Source: a virus. Taken from it: DNA of 53,220 nucleotides. Location of the stretch: positions 1 to 53,220 of the IMG/VR virus record IMGVR_UViG_3300045988_099701. The stretch is one strand, 5' to 3'. Made by a program: the position numbers and the translations under genes. Under the pieces are notes generated by a model. The model had not been told where the DNA came from and ran no database searches. It saw only the letters and a program-made list of their open reading frames with translations. Of the stretch, positions 7,329 through 16,361 are shown one piece after another. Numbering within the stretch: position 1 is the first letter of the stretch; each line of letters opens with the position of its first letter.

Positions 7329-7460
7329 ATGTATCCAATTCCGATATGCGCAGGGTGATTCGGGCGATTGATATGCTTCGTCCGCTCCCTGAACAATCCA
7401 CGCGCGAGTGGGATGCCATCCGCAGGTTAAAAATATTCGCCAAAAAACAACAACGAAAAT

Positions 7461-7856
7461 ATGGTAAACAAGGTCATCATCATCGGGAATGTAGGTTCTG
7501 ATCCCGAAGTTCGTGTATTGGACGGGGGCGCCAAGGTTGCCAGCCTGAGTGTGGCGACGACCGACCGTTACACCGACAGGCAAACAAAAACCGTAAAGGA
7601 GATAACGGAGTGGCATCATGTGGTGGCGTGGCGCAATACCGCGGATATCGTGGATAAATACGTGAAGAAGGGGGCGCAGATTTACGTCGAAGGTCGGTTG
7701 CGAACCCGCGACTATACCGACCGAGATAGCATCAAACGATACATCACGGAGATCATGGCCGATACGGTCAGGATTTTGGGGCGCAGGGAATCCCAGGCTT
7801 CATGCACCTCTACTACCTCCCAAATGCAATCTGACCCCGACGATCTTCCCTTCTAA
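7461..7856 (+). CDS. ssb: single-stranded DNA-binding protein
   Basis: MVNKVIIIGNVGSDPEVR...EWHHVVAWR...IYVEGRLRTR OB-fold signature and acidic C-terminal tail DPDDLPF. Confidence 0.9.
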   Translation: MVNKVIIIGNVGSDPEVRVLDGGAKVASLSVATTDRYTDRQTKTVKEITEWHHVVAWRNTADIVDKYVKKGAQIYVEGRLRTRDYTDRDSIKRYITEIMADTVRILGRRESQASCTSTTSQMQSDPDDLPF

Positions 7857-7859
7857 GCC

Positions 7860-8231
7860 ATGGATACATCTGAACTTAAAGAGATCGAGGAAATGCAGCT
7901 CTTCATTGAAGCAGAACCGCCTACTGAGCCGCAGGCAATTTCACAGCGCATGTCAGAACTGAGTGTGCGTATGGCGCGTAGCGGCTATCTCCTGTCGAAG
8001 GCGAAATACGAACAGGAGTTGGCGATGCTGAAAGCCTCCCGGCTGAAAGACCTGATACCTCTGGCGCCGAGTATCCAAAAAGAAATACTTCGGGCGTCCT
8101 GTGCCGAGGAGAACAAGGTCGTTAACATGCTCGACAGGATCAACCGCACGTGTGTCCATCAAGTAGACATACTACGTACGCAACTGAGTTTCGAGAAGGA
8201 GCAGATGCGCCAAATAGGCTATAACGCATGA
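7860..8231 (+). CDS. hypothetical coiled-coil protein
   Basis: Track ORF; stop overlaps the next start. Confidence 0.55.
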   Translation: MDTSELKEIEEMQLFIEAEPPTEPQAISQRMSELSVRMARSGYLLSKAKYEQELAMLKASRLKDLIPLAPSIQKEILRASCAEENKVVNMLDRINRTCVHQVDILRTQLSFEKEQMRQIGYNA

Positions 8232-8599
8232 CAGATTTAGAACGGGAATACGACCGTGTTTTCAGCCTTTTTATACGTCATCGAGACTGTCCGGGTGGGC
8301 GAGGTTTCTGCATCACCTGCGGGGCGCCCATAGCGCCTGAAACATGCGATTGCGGGCACTATATAGACCGAGCTCACAGGTCTACGAGATGGGACGAAAG
8401 GAATTGTCACGCCCAATGCAGGGTTTGCAACAGGCATTCTGCTGGTCGCATTGGAGTTTACCGCCAAGTACTGATCCGAAAATACGGACTTGCAGTCGTT
8501 GAAGAACTTGAACGCAGTAAGCACAGCGTATTCAAAATGTCGAGGTCGGAGATGTCCGATAAGATCAATTATTACAAACGATTAATTCGCAATGTGTAA
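8228..8599 (+). CDS. ninG: NinG/Rap-like recombination protein
   Basis: Cys/His pattern CITCG...CDCGHYIDRAHRSTRWDERNCHAQCRVCN typical of lambda NinG family proteins. Confidence 0.7.
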   Translation: MTDLEREYDRVFSLFIRHRDCPGGRGFCITCGAPIAPETCDCGHYIDRAHRSTRWDERNCHAQCRVCNRHSAGRIGVYRQVLIRKYGLAVVEELERSKHSVFKMSRSEMSDKINYYKRLIRNV

Positions 8600-9488
8600 C
8601 ACTTCAAATAACAGTTGGATTAAGATGTACCGCAGCTTCCTCGATTGGGAGTGGTATCCGGATACGAACTGCGTACGGCTGGCATTGCATTTCATTTTGA
8701 AGGCAAATTACCGGGCCAAGAAGTGGAAGGGTTTAATCATTGACCGCGGACAATTGGTAACCAGCAGAGGACAGCTGTCCGAAGAGACAGGACTTTCGGA
8801 GATGCAAATACGCACCGCAATAGACAAGCTGGATAATTGCGGGTTTATAACCAAGTCGGGAACACGCAAATATACTATCATAACTGTCTGTAATTATGAC
8901 TTATACCAACAAGCACAGGATGGTTTTGATAATGGTTGTCAACCAACAGATAACCAACAAACAACCAGCAAACAACCAACAGATAACCAACAAATAACCA
9001 CAACTAAAGAATATAAGAAAGAAAGAATAGAAGAATATACACACACACTGGTAGATACTAAAAAGGGGGTTGTAGGGGGAAAAGAGACGGAGGCCGTGGA
9101 ACTCATAGAATGGATCGCCACGAACGCGCCATGTATTGCTTCGATGTCCGAGCCCATAACTGCAGCACAGGCCGTGTGGCTGTTGCAGGACTACAACGTG
9201 AAAGATATTCGCCGATTGATAGCTACCATGCAAAGCAAGCAGGCATACCTCAAACACACGAATGCCTATACGGCTTTTGTCAGTTACGCAAAACTCGACA
9301 AGGCGCTTAAAGATGACCAGCCGCCAAGTGTGCAATCTGGGAAAAAGTATTATACACGGGATGAAGCAATGGCCTACATTCGATTCCGTCGTTTGGGTGG
9401 CTCTCTTGAAGATAATTTCACTCTTGAGCGTGTGAATGGGCTGCATCTGTGGTGCTTGAAAGCCCCAGTCCCCTCAGTTAACCTTTAA
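8592..9488 (+). CDS. putative replication initiation / replisome organiser protein (N-terminal wHTH)
   Basis: WIKMYRSFLDWEWY...GQLVTSRGQLSEETGLSEMQIRTAIDKLDNCGFITK resembles phage replication protein N-termini; QPTDNQQ(T/I)T low-complexity duplication at 8940..9005. Confidence 0.55.
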   Translation: MCNTSNNSWIKMYRSFLDWEWYPDTNCVRLALHFILKANYRAKKWKGLIIDRGQLVTSRGQLSEETGLSEMQIRTAIDKLDNCGFITKSGTRKYTIITVCNYDLYQQAQDGFDNGCQPTDNQQTTSKQPTDNQQITTTKEYKKERIEEYTHTLVDTKKGVVGGKETEAVELIEWIATNAPCIASMSEPITAAQAVWLLQDYNVKDIRRLIATMQSKQAYLKHTNAYTAFVSYAKLDKALKDDQPPSVQSGKKYYTRDEAMAYIRFRRLGGSLEDNFTLERVNGLHLWCLKAPVPSVNL

Positions 9489-9499
9489 CGAACGATAAA

Positions 9500-9562
9500 A
9501 TGAAAGTCATAGTCACCTTTTCGGGTGGTAAAGACAGCTGCATGAGTTATTACGGATTATGA
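9500..9562 (+). pseudogene. 20-codon remnant of a PP-loop ATPase (SGGKDS motif)
   Basis: MKVIVTFSGGKDSCMSYYGL* carries the SGGxDS PP-loop signature of PAPS-reductase/QueC-type N-termini and stops where the dcm ATG begins. Confidence 0.4.
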
Positions 9563-10719
9563 CTATGAAATTACGAGTATTCACAAGTTTTTCCGGCTAT
9601 GACAGTCAGTTGATGGCTCTTCGGGACATCGGCGCGGACTACGAGTGCGTGGGTTGGTCGGAGATCGACAAGTGGGCGATCAAGGCCCATAATGCTGTAT
9701 TCCCGGAGCTGGCCGGCCGAAATTACGGCGACATCACGAAAATCGATTGGAACGCCGTTCCGAACTTCGACCTGTTCACCTACTCGTTTCCGTGTACCGA
9801 CATCAGCAGTGCCGGAAAGCAGAAGGGTTTCGAAGAAGATTCGGGCACCCGTTCATCCCTGTTATGGGAATGCCGTCGGCCGATCGCGGCCAAGCATCCT
9901 AAATTCCTGCTGATGGAGAATGTGAAAGCCCTCATATCGGAGAAATACCGTCCGCTGTTTCTCAAATGGGAATCGTGGCTTCGCTCGCTCGGTTATGTCA
10001 ATTATACGGAAATACTCAACGCCAAAGATTACGGCGTCCCGCAGAACCGGGAACGTGTATTTATGCTCTCCATTCTTAACGGCTGCTGGTATGAATTCCC
10101 GCATCCGGTCAGGCTGGAAAAGCGGCTGAAAGACGTATTGGAATTGGAGGTAGACGAGAAGTATTATCTGAGCGAAACAATGCTGAAATTTCTGCAAAAG
10201 CAGACAGGCCGAAATGAACCGTTTAAGCCTGCAAAAATAGCCGATCTTAATGGTGTTGCCATGACGATAAATGCAAGAGTACACAAAATGAGCAAACAGG
10301 ATAATTATGTGATGCAGATCGGCGTAACGAAGCAAACGGACTGGAACCAACAGCAATACCGGGTATACGATCCGACTGGCATCAGCCCGACGATAACGAC
10401 GAAATCGGGCGGCGGACTTGAACCGAAAATCCTGATGCGGGGACGCGGCTTCAACAAAGGCGGCGAAGCGGATCTTCCCGGAACGATTACAGGCAGCGCG
10501 TGGGAACAAAACAATCTGCTGGACTATGCCGACTGCATCCGCCGCCTTACGCCCCGCGAGTGTTTGCGGCTGATGGATGTTTCGGATAGCGACATTAACA
10601 AGATACAAGCTGCGGGAATCAGCGATACACAGCAGTACAAGTTGGCCGGAAACAGTATCGTAAAAGCTCCGATGATGGGGATATTTAAAAACATGTTGAG
10701 ATACGGATTATGCGAATAG
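9559..10719 (+). CDS. dcm: DNA (cytosine-5)-methyltransferase
   Basis: Motifs FSGYDSQ (I), FPCTDIS (PC, IV), LLMENVKAL (ENV, VI), QNRERVF (VIII), AGNSIV (X). Confidence 0.9.
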   Translation: MTMKLRVFTSFSGYDSQLMALRDIGADYECVGWSEIDKWAIKAHNAVFPELAGRNYGDITKIDWNAVPNFDLFTYSFPCTDISSAGKQKGFEEDSGTRSSLLWECRRPIAAKHPKFLLMENVKALISEKYRPLFLKWESWLRSLGYVNYTEILNAKDYGVPQNRERVFMLSILNGCWYEFPHPVRLEKRLKDVLELEVDEKYYLSETMLKFLQKQTGRNEPFKPAKIADLNGVAMTINARVHKMSKQDNYVMQIGVTKQTDWNQQQYRVYDPTGISPTITTKSGGGLEPKILMRGRGFNKGGEADLPGTITGSAWEQNNLLDYADCIRRLTPRECLRLMDVSDSDINKIQAAGISDTQQYKLAGNSIVKAPMMGIFKNMLRYGLCE

Positions 10720-11587
10720 GTTTGGTTGACATAGACGGTCACCACTTCCCGAACCTCGCGCTGATGAAACTGTCAACTTGGCATAAATCGCAGGGTGATT
10801 CGGTGGAGTTCGCCGACCCGATGTTCGGTCGCTACGACCGGGTTTATATGTCGAAGGTTTTCACTTTCACGCCCGATTGTCCGGACATCTACCATTGCGA
10901 GGTGATCCGGGGCGGGACGGGATTCCGGGACTATACGACGGTATTGCCCGGTGAGATCGAGCATATTTGCCCGGATTATTCGCTGTACGGAGTAAATGAA
11001 GCCTACGGATTCCTTACCCGCGGCTGTCCGAACCGCTGCCCGTGGTGCATTGTTCCGCACAAAGAAGGAGCCATCCGGCCCGCGTCTCCGCTACGGGAGT
11101 TTATCGGCGACAAGCGCCGGGCTGTATTGCTCGATAACAACGTGCTGGCATCGGACTTTGGGCTGGAACAGATCGAGGAAATAATCCGCATGGGCATCGC
11201 GGTTGATTTCAACCAAGGGCTGGATGCCCGGAGGGCGTGCGATGATCCCTACATCCTCGACCTGCTGGCGCGGGCGAAGTGGATTCAGCATATTCGGTTC
11301 GCCTGCGACCGGATGTCCCAACTGGAGGCGGTTACAAAGTGTGTCAAAGAGTTGGGACGCCGAGGTATCAAGCCATATCGCATTTTCGTCTACTGCCTGA
11401 TACAAGATGTCGATGAATCATTGGAGCGGATCAACGCCCTGCGTAAATTGAAAGTTGCCCGTTTGCCCAGCCTTACCGGGATTTCGATAATAACATTGAG
11501 CCGACGAAGGAGCAAAAACGGCTGGCGCGTTGGTGTAACCATAAGGCTATTTTCAAGAGTGTTGAATTCAAAAACTACAAATTATGA
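10710..11587 (+). pseudogene. radical SAM protein (B12-binding-like N-terminus) with a 1-nt frameshift near 11447..11456
   Basis: GCPNRCPWC is a CX3CX2C motif. Frame 0 turns to junk after LRKLK. The -1 frame from 11447 gives CPFAQPYRDFDNNIEPTKEQKRLARWCNHKAIFKSVEFKNYKL* and ends in TTATGA coupled to ATG 11584. Confidence 0.75.
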
Positions 11588-12006
11588 AAGACCAAGTAAC
11601 GAGCATCGAGCAGTCGAAGCGGCTGATCGATCTGGGAGTGCCCGCGGAGAAGGCGAGCATGGCATGGATTGCAACAGGGAGAAGTACCTACAATCTCAAG
11701 ATATGGAAAACTGATGCTGAAACAAAAGCTATTCTACATCAAAAGTTTCCCGATGGATATATCCCCGCCTTTACTGTCGCCGACCAGCTGGGAAAGGTGC
11801 TTCCGAATGTGATTCAGGACGCCCACAACACTTACGAACTGACACTGAAAGCAGTGGTTGGCGGTGGATGGAGATTCTGTTACACCCCCGTACTTACCCC
11901 ATTAGAAGCCGATAATATTGGGGATGAAATGGGCGATAACCTGATAGAACTTCTGTGCAACCGTATTGAGTGGATAGTGTCTAACGGCTATGAATTGAAC
12001 CTGTGA
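11584..12006 (+). CDS. hypothetical protein (140 aa)
   Basis: Track ORF; start and stop overlap the neighbouring genes. Confidence 0.6.
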   Translation: MKDQVTSIEQSKRLIDLGVPAEKASMAWIATGRSTYNLKIWKTDAETKAILHQKFPDGYIPAFTVADQLGKVLPNVIQDAHNTYELTLKAVVGGGWRFCYTPVLTPLEADNIGDEMGDNLIELLCNRIEWIVSNGYELNL

Positions 12007-12455
12007 TGAAACTACCTATCGAAGTTCACAACAAGTTGATCCCGTTCAAGGGGTTTAACTGGGTAACATGGCTTTTGTGGTCTTTTACCCGGAAGCCGAT
12101 GGCGTGGAGCATGGACGAGACTACGCGCCGCCATGAAGGAATCCACTGCGCCCAGCAGATCGAACTGGCCGTGCTGTCCGCGGCAATCCTCCTGCCCGTC
12201 GCCATCAGCTACTCGTTCGCGTGGTGGGGCTGGGTGCTTACGGTGGTCGGCATTCTCTTCGCCGGATGGATTTGCTACGGCATTTCGTGGCTGATCGAAG
12301 TGATTATCCCGCCTTATCCGGGCGCGTACTACTACACCTGCTTCGAGACCGAGGCGTACAACCATGAGGATGATCCGGACTACTTGAAGCGGCGCATACC
12401 CTTTGGGGGCTGGATTTCCTGCATCCCGAATCGAAAAGTTAAACACAAAAGATAA
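12006..12455 (+). CDS. putative HExxH metallopeptidase-like membrane protein (paralog of 17538..17858)
   Basis: IPFKGF..., HEGIH (HExxH), two hydrophobic helices, then FETEAYNHEDDPDYL; shares these blocks with the 106-aa minus-strand protein. Confidence 0.6.
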   Translation: MKLPIEVHNKLIPFKGFNWVTWLLWSFTRKPMAWSMDETTRRHEGIHCAQQIELAVLSAAILLPVAISYSFAWWGWVLTVVGILFAGWICYGISWLIEVIIPPYPGAYYYTCFETEAYNHEDDPDYLKRRIPFGGWISCIPNRKVKHKR

Positions 12456-12461
12456 CTAACC

Positions 12462-12743
12462 ATGAAAAGCGAAAAAGCAAAACAATATTTGTTGAAAGTG
12501 GTAACACCGATAGCGATGATGTATCCCGATTGTCCGGGAGAATGCGATATTAAGCTAATAGAGGCAAAACGGGCTATCGAGCTTGCCGAGCAGGAGGCCG
12601 AGGAGCGGATGAGAGCAAAAGCGATTGAGGCGTATTGCCAAGATTGCGGTTGTAGGGTAGAAAATAAATGTGGAATAGAGTCGAATAGTTGTATAGCATT
12701 CCGAGCTTTCATCCAAAAACTGAACGAGAATGAAAACGATTGA
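12462..12743 (+). CDS. hypothetical protein (93 aa)
   Basis: Track ORF. Confidence 0.5.
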   Translation: MKSEKAKQYLLKVVTPIAMMYPDCPGECDIKLIEAKRAIELAEQEAEERMRAKAIEAYCQDCGCRVENKCGIESNSCIAFRAFIQKLNENEND

Positions 12744-13053
12744 GGAAAGAGCGCAAGAATACGCGCATCAATACCGACGAGATGCACATGACTTAAAAGG
12801 TGAACGAGCCGATGCGGCCTTTGCGGCATATTGTCAGGGTGCTGAAGATGAGCATAAAGAGTTGACGCGCTGGTACGACCCAAAAGAGGAATTGCCGGAT
12901 GGCAATCGAGATGTTTTAATTAAAACAACGTTATGCACAAAATACCGCATAGCCTTCTACAAGGCAAATGAGACACGGAATTATCATTGGCACGAGAACA
13001 ATGGAGCTATTGACGATGATATGGTTATCGGATGGCGGGAGATTCAAGAATAA
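12730..13053 (+). CDS. hypothetical protein, DUF551-like C-terminal part
   Basis: TRWYDPKEELPDGNRDVLIKT... resembles phage DUF551 proteins (by recollection only). Confidence 0.45.
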   Translation: MKTIEERAQEYAHQYRRDAHDLKGERADAAFAAYCQGAEDEHKELTRWYDPKEELPDGNRDVLIKTTLCTKYRIAFYKANETRNYHWHENNGAIDDDMVIGWREIQE

Positions 13054-13062
13054 GGCAAGACT

Positions 13063-13239
13063 ATGACAAAAGCATCATTTGACACAATAGGCGGACTGTT
13101 GATCGCCTTTGTTGCGGGAAACTTAGCGCAACACGACTACTCGGTGGCGGATTGGTGGAGGTTTGCGCTGCACGTTATTTTTACTGTTGCGGGAATTTGG
13201 ATGTTCAGCGACGGATATAGCAATTTGCCGAAAAAATAA
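13063..13239 (+). CDS. small membrane protein (58 aa)
   Basis: ATG 13063 to TAA 13237..13239; two hydrophobic segments GGLLIAFVAGNL and ALHVIFTVAGIWMF. Confidence 0.35.
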   Translation: MTKASFDTIGGLLIAFVAGNLAQHDYSVADWWRFALHVIFTVAGIWMFSDGYSNLPKK

Positions 13240-13282
13240 GGCGATGACCTCCGCCGCATTGCGGAGCTAAAACGAAGGAGAG

Positions 13283-13474
13283 ATGAATTACACTAAACCT
13301 AAAGGCGGATATGTGTTTATGACGTATGACGAATTTCAAGCCCTTGCCGAGGTAATTGCAATGGCAGAGGGAGGGGTTGAATCGGCAGACGAAGATTTCG
13401 CTAAATACATGCGCAAGCATGTGCGAAACGCGAACAAATTGATGGTAAAATTCAACACGAGAAAGAAAAAATGA
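13283..13474 (+). CDS. hypothetical protein (63 aa)
   Basis: Track ORF; stop overlaps the next start. Confidence 0.45.
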   Translation: MNYTKPKGGYVFMTYDEFQALAEVIAMAEGGVESADEDFAKYMRKHVRNANKLMVKFNTRKKK

Positions 13475-13941
13475 AAACAGGAATTGAGATGATCGCAGAA
13501 AGGGAAAGCAAGATATTCACGGCAAATGGAATGTCATGCGAAGAGCTGAGACTGAATTACAACGCGGCCTGCAACGCCTATCTGGCCGCTTTCTGCGAAA
13601 AGCACGGCTACGATTATGAGCCGGATGCGTGGGTAGGCGACGACCCCGGAGGAATTGCAGAGGTCGGCGATCTATTCGTGAGCATGGCCGATATGCTGAC
13701 GGACATCGACCGTGACGCTCCGAAGGAGGAATACATCAAGTACTACGACTACTGTATGCGTGTCGGAGGGATTTGTGACGGCAAACTGAACACCCCGAAT
13801 TACGACAGCTGGCTGCGGGGATGCCCGCGGATGGACGAGGAGCAAATAGCTCGGCTGGAGGAATTGCAACGGGATGTGCGTAGTGCAGAGATGAATTTGA
13901 AGGTCGAGATCGACAGAATTAACAACCTCAAACAAGAATAG
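13471..13941 (+). CDS. hypothetical protein (156 aa)
   Basis: Track ORF. Confidence 0.55.
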   Translation: MKTGIEMIAERESKIFTANGMSCEELRLNYNAACNAYLAAFCEKHGYDYEPDAWVGDDPGGIAEVGDLFVSMADMLTDIDRDAPKEEYIKYYDYCMRVGGICDGKLNTPNYDSWLRGCPRMDEEQIARLEELQRDVRSAEMNLKVEIDRINNLKQE

Positions 13942-13943
13942 TT

Positions 13944-14312
13944 ATGCGAGAGAGTTAATTCAGAGGCAAGCGTATAGATAACGACAAGTGGGTTTATGGA
14001 GACCTGATTCATTGCTACGGCGCAGACGCAGGCCGGATATTTATCAAGACCTTTACAGGATTATATGAAGTTGATCCCACTACCGTCGGCGAGTATATTG
14101 GGCTGAAAGACAATAACGGCACGGATGTTTGGGAGGGAGATATAGTAGAATGGGAAAATCTCATGAAAATCAATAGGCGTAGCGTAATTGCCTATCGAGA
14201 TCGGATGTTCTGTTTTGTAGATGCGAACAATGAACCTGAGGAAATTTGGTGTTGTTCATTTACGAAAATAGGTAATATCCACGACACCCCGGAATTACTT
14301 AAAACTGAATAA
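13944..14312 (+). pseudogene. YopX-family protein gene with an in-frame TAA at codon 5 (13956..13958)
   Basis: MRES*FRGKRIDNDKWVYGDLIH...FTKIGNIHDTPELLKTE: YopX-like N-terminus (MREIKFRGK type) and C-terminus (GNIHDNPELL type). No ATG/GTG/TTG in frame after the stop until 14164. Confidence 0.7.
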
Positions 14313-14314
14313 CC

Positions 14315-14884
14315 ATGCAGAAGATAATGTTTAACGACCGCTATGGACTGACGGATGCGGTCATCGAGGGGCGAAAGACCATGACGCGACGGTTGATTCC
14401 TGATGAGTTCTTCGGACTTACGTGGGACACGAGAGGCAACACCTTGGTTTATGAAAACGAATACGGGGATTTTATTGATGTCAGGCACTCGAAGTATACC
14501 CGCTATAAGCTCGGCGAAGTCGTGGCCGTGTCGCAATGCTACAACGATGTGGTGCAGGAATTTACGGATTTGGCGTTTGTGCCCGGAAGTACTAACAAAA
14601 TGTTCGTCCGTGCTGACCTGATGCCTCACCAAATCCGCATCACGGGAATCCGTTGCGAGCGGTTGCAGGATATTTCGGACGAGGATTGCGTAAAGGAAGG
14701 AGTGCGTGTAGGTTCGCAAGCATTAGAATACCCATACTATTTTATAGACACAAAACAATTTTTGATCTGTGATTATAAATCACCCAGGCGAGCCTTCGCC
14801 GCACTAATCGACAAGGTGTCCGGCCGTGGAACGTGGGATCGGAACCCGTGGGTGGTGGCTTACGAATTTGAATTGGTGAAATGA
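14315..14884 (+). CDS. ASCH-domain-like protein
   Basis: MQKIMFNDRYGLTDAVIEGRKTMTRRLIP... resembles phage ASCH/PUA-like proteins. Confidence 0.55.
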   Translation: MQKIMFNDRYGLTDAVIEGRKTMTRRLIPDEFFGLTWDTRGNTLVYENEYGDFIDVRHSKYTRYKLGEVVAVSQCYNDVVQEFTDLAFVPGSTNKMFVRADLMPHQIRITGIRCERLQDISDEDCVKEGVRVGSQALEYPYYFIDTKQFLICDYKSPRRAFAALIDKVSGRGTWDRNPWVVAYEFELVK

Positions 14885-15120
14885 GCGATTTGATCTGTCA
14901 AATAGTCACCCGTAAAATATATGCTTACGTGGCTGAGATATATGGGACGCCCACGTTTTGGGACGACAAGTGGTGTCTTATGGTTTATGTACTATGGCGG
15001 GATAATGGGTGCCCAATACGCGAAGGAATGATATTAAAGTTCGACACTAAAGAAGAGGCGGAACGGGTGAAAATCGGGACGATAGCAAAGGATAAAACAC
15101 TTTTCGAATTAGTAAAATAG
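14881..15120 (+). CDS. hypothetical protein (79 aa)
   Basis: Track ORF; ATGA overlap with the previous gene. Confidence 0.5.
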   Translation: MSDLICQIVTRKIYAYVAEIYGTPTFWDDKWCLMVYVLWRDNGCPIREGMILKFDTKEEAERVKIGTIAKDKTLFELVK

Positions 15121-15322
15121 CAATGAGTATGAATATATTTAAGATACGCATGGGGAAATGCTGGTGTCACGAGCACACCGCAGGCCATAGATATTTGGAG
15201 GTATGGCTATTCGGACACTTCTATGTATTATTCAAATACAGAGGGGCGTGCAAAGATTGCGACGCTCCGTTTTGAAAAAAAATAGCGAGATTCTCGCAAA
15301 ATCTCGAAAAACTGAAATAACT

Positions 15323-15604
15323 ATGGATATTCTAACCCCACACGACGGTATCACGAACGAGAAGATTTGCAAGGCGCAGATCGAAGCCGTCGAGAAGAAA
15401 CAGAACGAATATAAACTGATCGGTCGGCTGACGAAGATTCCCGGCCACACCCTCTACAAGTTTAACACGACTACTCGGGAAGCCTCTAAAGTGGAAATGC
15501 GAGCTGATATAACACGCCAATACGATCCAGACACAGATACGGTTGTACGGCATATCAAATCGAATGTGAAAGTCGAAAAAACTGTTACTACGAACAGGCG
15601 TTGA
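15323..15604 (+). CDS. hypothetical protein (93 aa)
   Basis: ATG 15323 in the frame of track ORF 15203..15604. Confidence 0.45.
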   Translation: MDILTPHDGITNEKICKAQIEAVEKKQNEYKLIGRLTKIPGHTLYKFNTTTREASKVEMRADITRQYDPDTDTVVRHIKSNVKVEKTVTTNRR

Positions 15605-15688
15605 ACATGAAGAACTTTATCAAACGGTTGCGCCGTCGGGGGGTCATTGGGGCTGACGAGAGTGTGAAAATTATAAAATGAGATAGCT

Positions 15689-16159
15689 ATGAGAGAATTT
15701 GACTTATCGGCCGCCAAAGCAGGGGCGCCGGTGTGCACGAGGGACGGGGAGGAAGTGCGGATTATATGTTTTGATCGTATTTGCACCATATTCCCAATCA
15801 TAGGATTACGCAGAAATGTCGACAACGAGGAATATGTTGTAACGTTCACGACTGATGGCCGCAAATTTTTCACGAGTAAGGATGGTGGAGATTTGATGAT
15901 GCGCGACGACGACTACGCCGAGAAGCTGGCGCGGGGAGAGTACGGGAATCACATCCACGAAGCCACCGAAAAGGTTGATCCAACTATTAAGGAAAACTTA
16001 ACAGTTGACCGGGAGTACTGGCGGAGGGTGTATGCCGGATATGTATTGGCGGGGTCGTGCGCTAGAGTAAGTCGGCTGTCTGCCGAAGGTGTCAAATTTG
16101 CTATCGCCCTCGCTGATGCCGTCCTTGAAGAGCTGGAGAAAACAGAGAAGAAATTATGA
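15689..16159 (+). CDS. hypothetical protein (156 aa)
   Basis: Track ORF. Confidence 0.55.
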   Translation: MREFDLSAAKAGAPVCTRDGEEVRIICFDRICTIFPIIGLRRNVDNEEYVVTFTTDGRKFFTSKDGGDLMMRDDDYAEKLARGEYGNHIHEATEKVDPTIKENLTVDREYWRRVYAGYVLAGSCARVSRLSAEGVKFAIALADAVLEELEKTEKKL

Positions 16160-16263
16160 AAAAGCAATATAATGAAAGGCCTACAACCATAATAGTTTGG
16201 CTGGTCGTAATACTGGCAATAATAGTTATGATCGCCTTTACCGGAATCAAGCCGGCAATGTAA
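16156..16263 (+). CDS. small membrane protein (35 aa)
   Basis: ATGA overlap with the previous stop; TTIIVWLVVILAIIVMIAF is a TM helix; followed directly by a terminator. Confidence 0.35.
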   Translation: MKKQYNERPTTIIVWLVVILAIIVMIAFTGIKPAM

Positions 16264-16295
16264 AGGGCTCCCTGATCCGGAGCCCTTTGCGTTTG
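16263..16295 (+). terminator. rho-independent terminator ending the rightward early operon
   Basis: aagggctcc-ctgatcc-ggagccctt (9-bp stem) followed by tgcgtttg. Confidence 0.6.
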
Positions 16296-16361
16296 TGGCG
16301 CTCTCAAGCCCCACCTTTGACACATCACTCCAAAGGTAGCAACTTATTTCGATTAAAGCAA

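Noticed and set aside
9862-10608. 248-aa minus-strand ORF, and the similar 8901..9446 ORF
   Set aside because: They are antisense to the dcm and replication genes, which carry clear motifs.
10710-11714. Track ORF reading the radical SAM gene through to 11714
   Set aside because: The last 85 or so residues (ARLPSLTGISIITLSRRRSKNGWRV...) are frame-shifted junk that overlaps the well-supported gene 11584..12006. The -1 frame gives a plausible C-terminus ending at 11587.
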